Shown one piece after another: positions 62,380 to 64,000 of a stretch of 64,000 bases of DNA. The stretch is from Hypanus sabinus (taxonomy: Eukaryota). The translations under genes were made by a program, and so were the position numbers. The number at the start of each line of letters is the position of its first letter. Within the stretch, counting starts at the first letter, position 1. The notes below the pieces were generated by a model. It saw nothing but the letters and a program-made list of their open reading frames with translations, made no database searches and was not told the origin of the DNA. The stretch covers positions 94,612,001 through 94,676,000 of the forward strand of contig NC_082714.1 of the NCBI RefSeq assembly GCF_030144855.1. The letters run 5' to 3'.

Positions 62380-64000
62380 GCTAATAAGACAATAAGCTAG
62401 AAGAGGAGAGTAGGTCCATTTAGTCTATCGATTCTGCTCCGCCATTCCAACATAGCTTTCTTCTTAATGCGCCCTTAACGATGAATTACATAGATTCTCA
62501 AACGTCTGGATAAAGATATTGCTCCTTAACTTTGTTGTCAATGGACCCTTTATTCAGTGATCGTGGCCTCTGGTCCAGACTGAGTAACGGAAGGAGGTAT
62601 CCACTCCGTACGCACTCTATCTAGGTCTTTCAATATTCGATAGGTTTCATTGAGATATCCCCTCTGCATTCTTCTAAACTGCAGCGACAACGGCTCAAGA
62701 ATCATCAAAGGCTCCTTATACCTTTTATTCCCAGGATTATGTTCGTGAAACTTCTCTGAACCATCTTCACTGCTTAGGTCTGGGACCCAAAACTGCTCAC
62801 AATGCTCTAAGTGCGGCATTACCAGTACTTTATAAAGCCTCAGCATTACAGCCTTGCTTCTATATTTTAGTCTCAAAATGCTTGACAACAAAGCATTTAC
62901 CGTCCTTACCACCGACGCAACGTGCAAATAACATTTAGGGATTCCTACTAACGACTCCCAATTTTCATTGCAACTTAGATTGTTGAATATTCTTCACATT
63001 CAGAAAATATTCTATGCCTTTGTTCTTTCTACCAAAGTATGTGCTCATATACTGCCCACGCTATATTCCAGCTGCAACTTATTTGTCCATTCTCCAATTC
63101 TGTCTAAGTCTTTCTACAGACTCTGTGTTTCCTGCACTACCTTACATGCTCATCCACTTGTCTTCATATCGCCACAAAGCCATCAATCCGTCTACAAAAT
63201 CGTTGACGTCAAGTTTCAAAAGAAACAATACCAACACCGACAGTGCGAAACATTACTTGTCTGTGGTAACTATTCTTCAATCCATGCTAGTATCTTTCCA
63301 GGGATACCATTGGCTCTTTTGTAAATCAGCTTCATGTGTGGCACCTTGTCAAAACTTTCTAAAATGCAAGAACACAGCATCCACAAACTCTCCGTTGTCT
63401 ATATTTCACGCAGTTATTTTCTCAGTAAAATCCAACAGGTTTGTCAGCAAAGATCTGCCCTTCAGGAGACCTTGCCCTGATGTTGGCCTACTGTATCATG
63501 TGGCTCCATGTACACCGAAGCTTCATCCTTAATCATGGACTCCAGCAACATCCCAACTACTATCGTCCAGCTAAGTGGCCTATAAATTCCTTCACCCTCC
63601 CTTTCTTTAAAAAGCTCCGGAGACATTTACAGTGTTGCCGTCCTCCTGATTCATGAAAGAACATTACTAACGTTTCATAGAATTTCCTGCCTCTGTTAGA
63701 ACCCAGGAGTGCACTTACAGAACTTTCAGTTTCCCAAGAACCTTCTGCTTAGTATTATCAATACACTCCCTTCTGATACTCTCGAGTTTCTGGCATATTG
63801 TAGATATCTTCCACAGTGAAGGCAGGTGTAAAATACATTAATTTCGATTGACATTTCTTTATTCCCCCATTACTGCCTGCCTACCATTATTTCCCAGAGT
63901 TCTAATGTCCGCACTTACCTTCGATGTACTCTTTTATGTCATCGGCTAGCCTACTTTCATATTTGCTATCTTACCTTCAAATATTTAATATTCCATATGT
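62380..64000 (-). mobile_element. CR1 ORF2 fragment
   Basis: ORF 62550-62927: LYKVLVMPHLEHCEQFW. Confidence 0.8.

Overview
This is vertebrate genomic DNA, most likely from a cartilaginous fish such as a ray. That assignment is inferred from the repeat content (CR1 LINEs with an SGNH-type ORF1, Penelope-type termini, Gypsy LTRs). Most of the window is transposon-derived. The largest block is an ancient endogenous retrovirus (7740-20792) that contains a CR1 LINE, which in turn contains a Penelope-derived hairpin and two opposite-orientation Gypsy insertions. Hidden between the repeats, and mostly absent from the ORF track, is a cluster of immunoglobulin-superfamily genes built as leader / germline-joined V+J-like exon / short intron / C1 exon / TM. 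One copy is almost intact (46156-43626, minus strand): it has five exons with canonical splice sites and a single 1-nt insertion just before the YYC motif. About six to seven decayed paralogues lie on both strands between 22.4 and 61.3 kb. I saw no RSS by eye, so this looks like a non-rearranging, antigen-receptor-like (VJ-C1, PRARP-like) family undergoing birth and death. All translations and alignments were done by eye. The weaker pseudo-exons need HMM confirmation.
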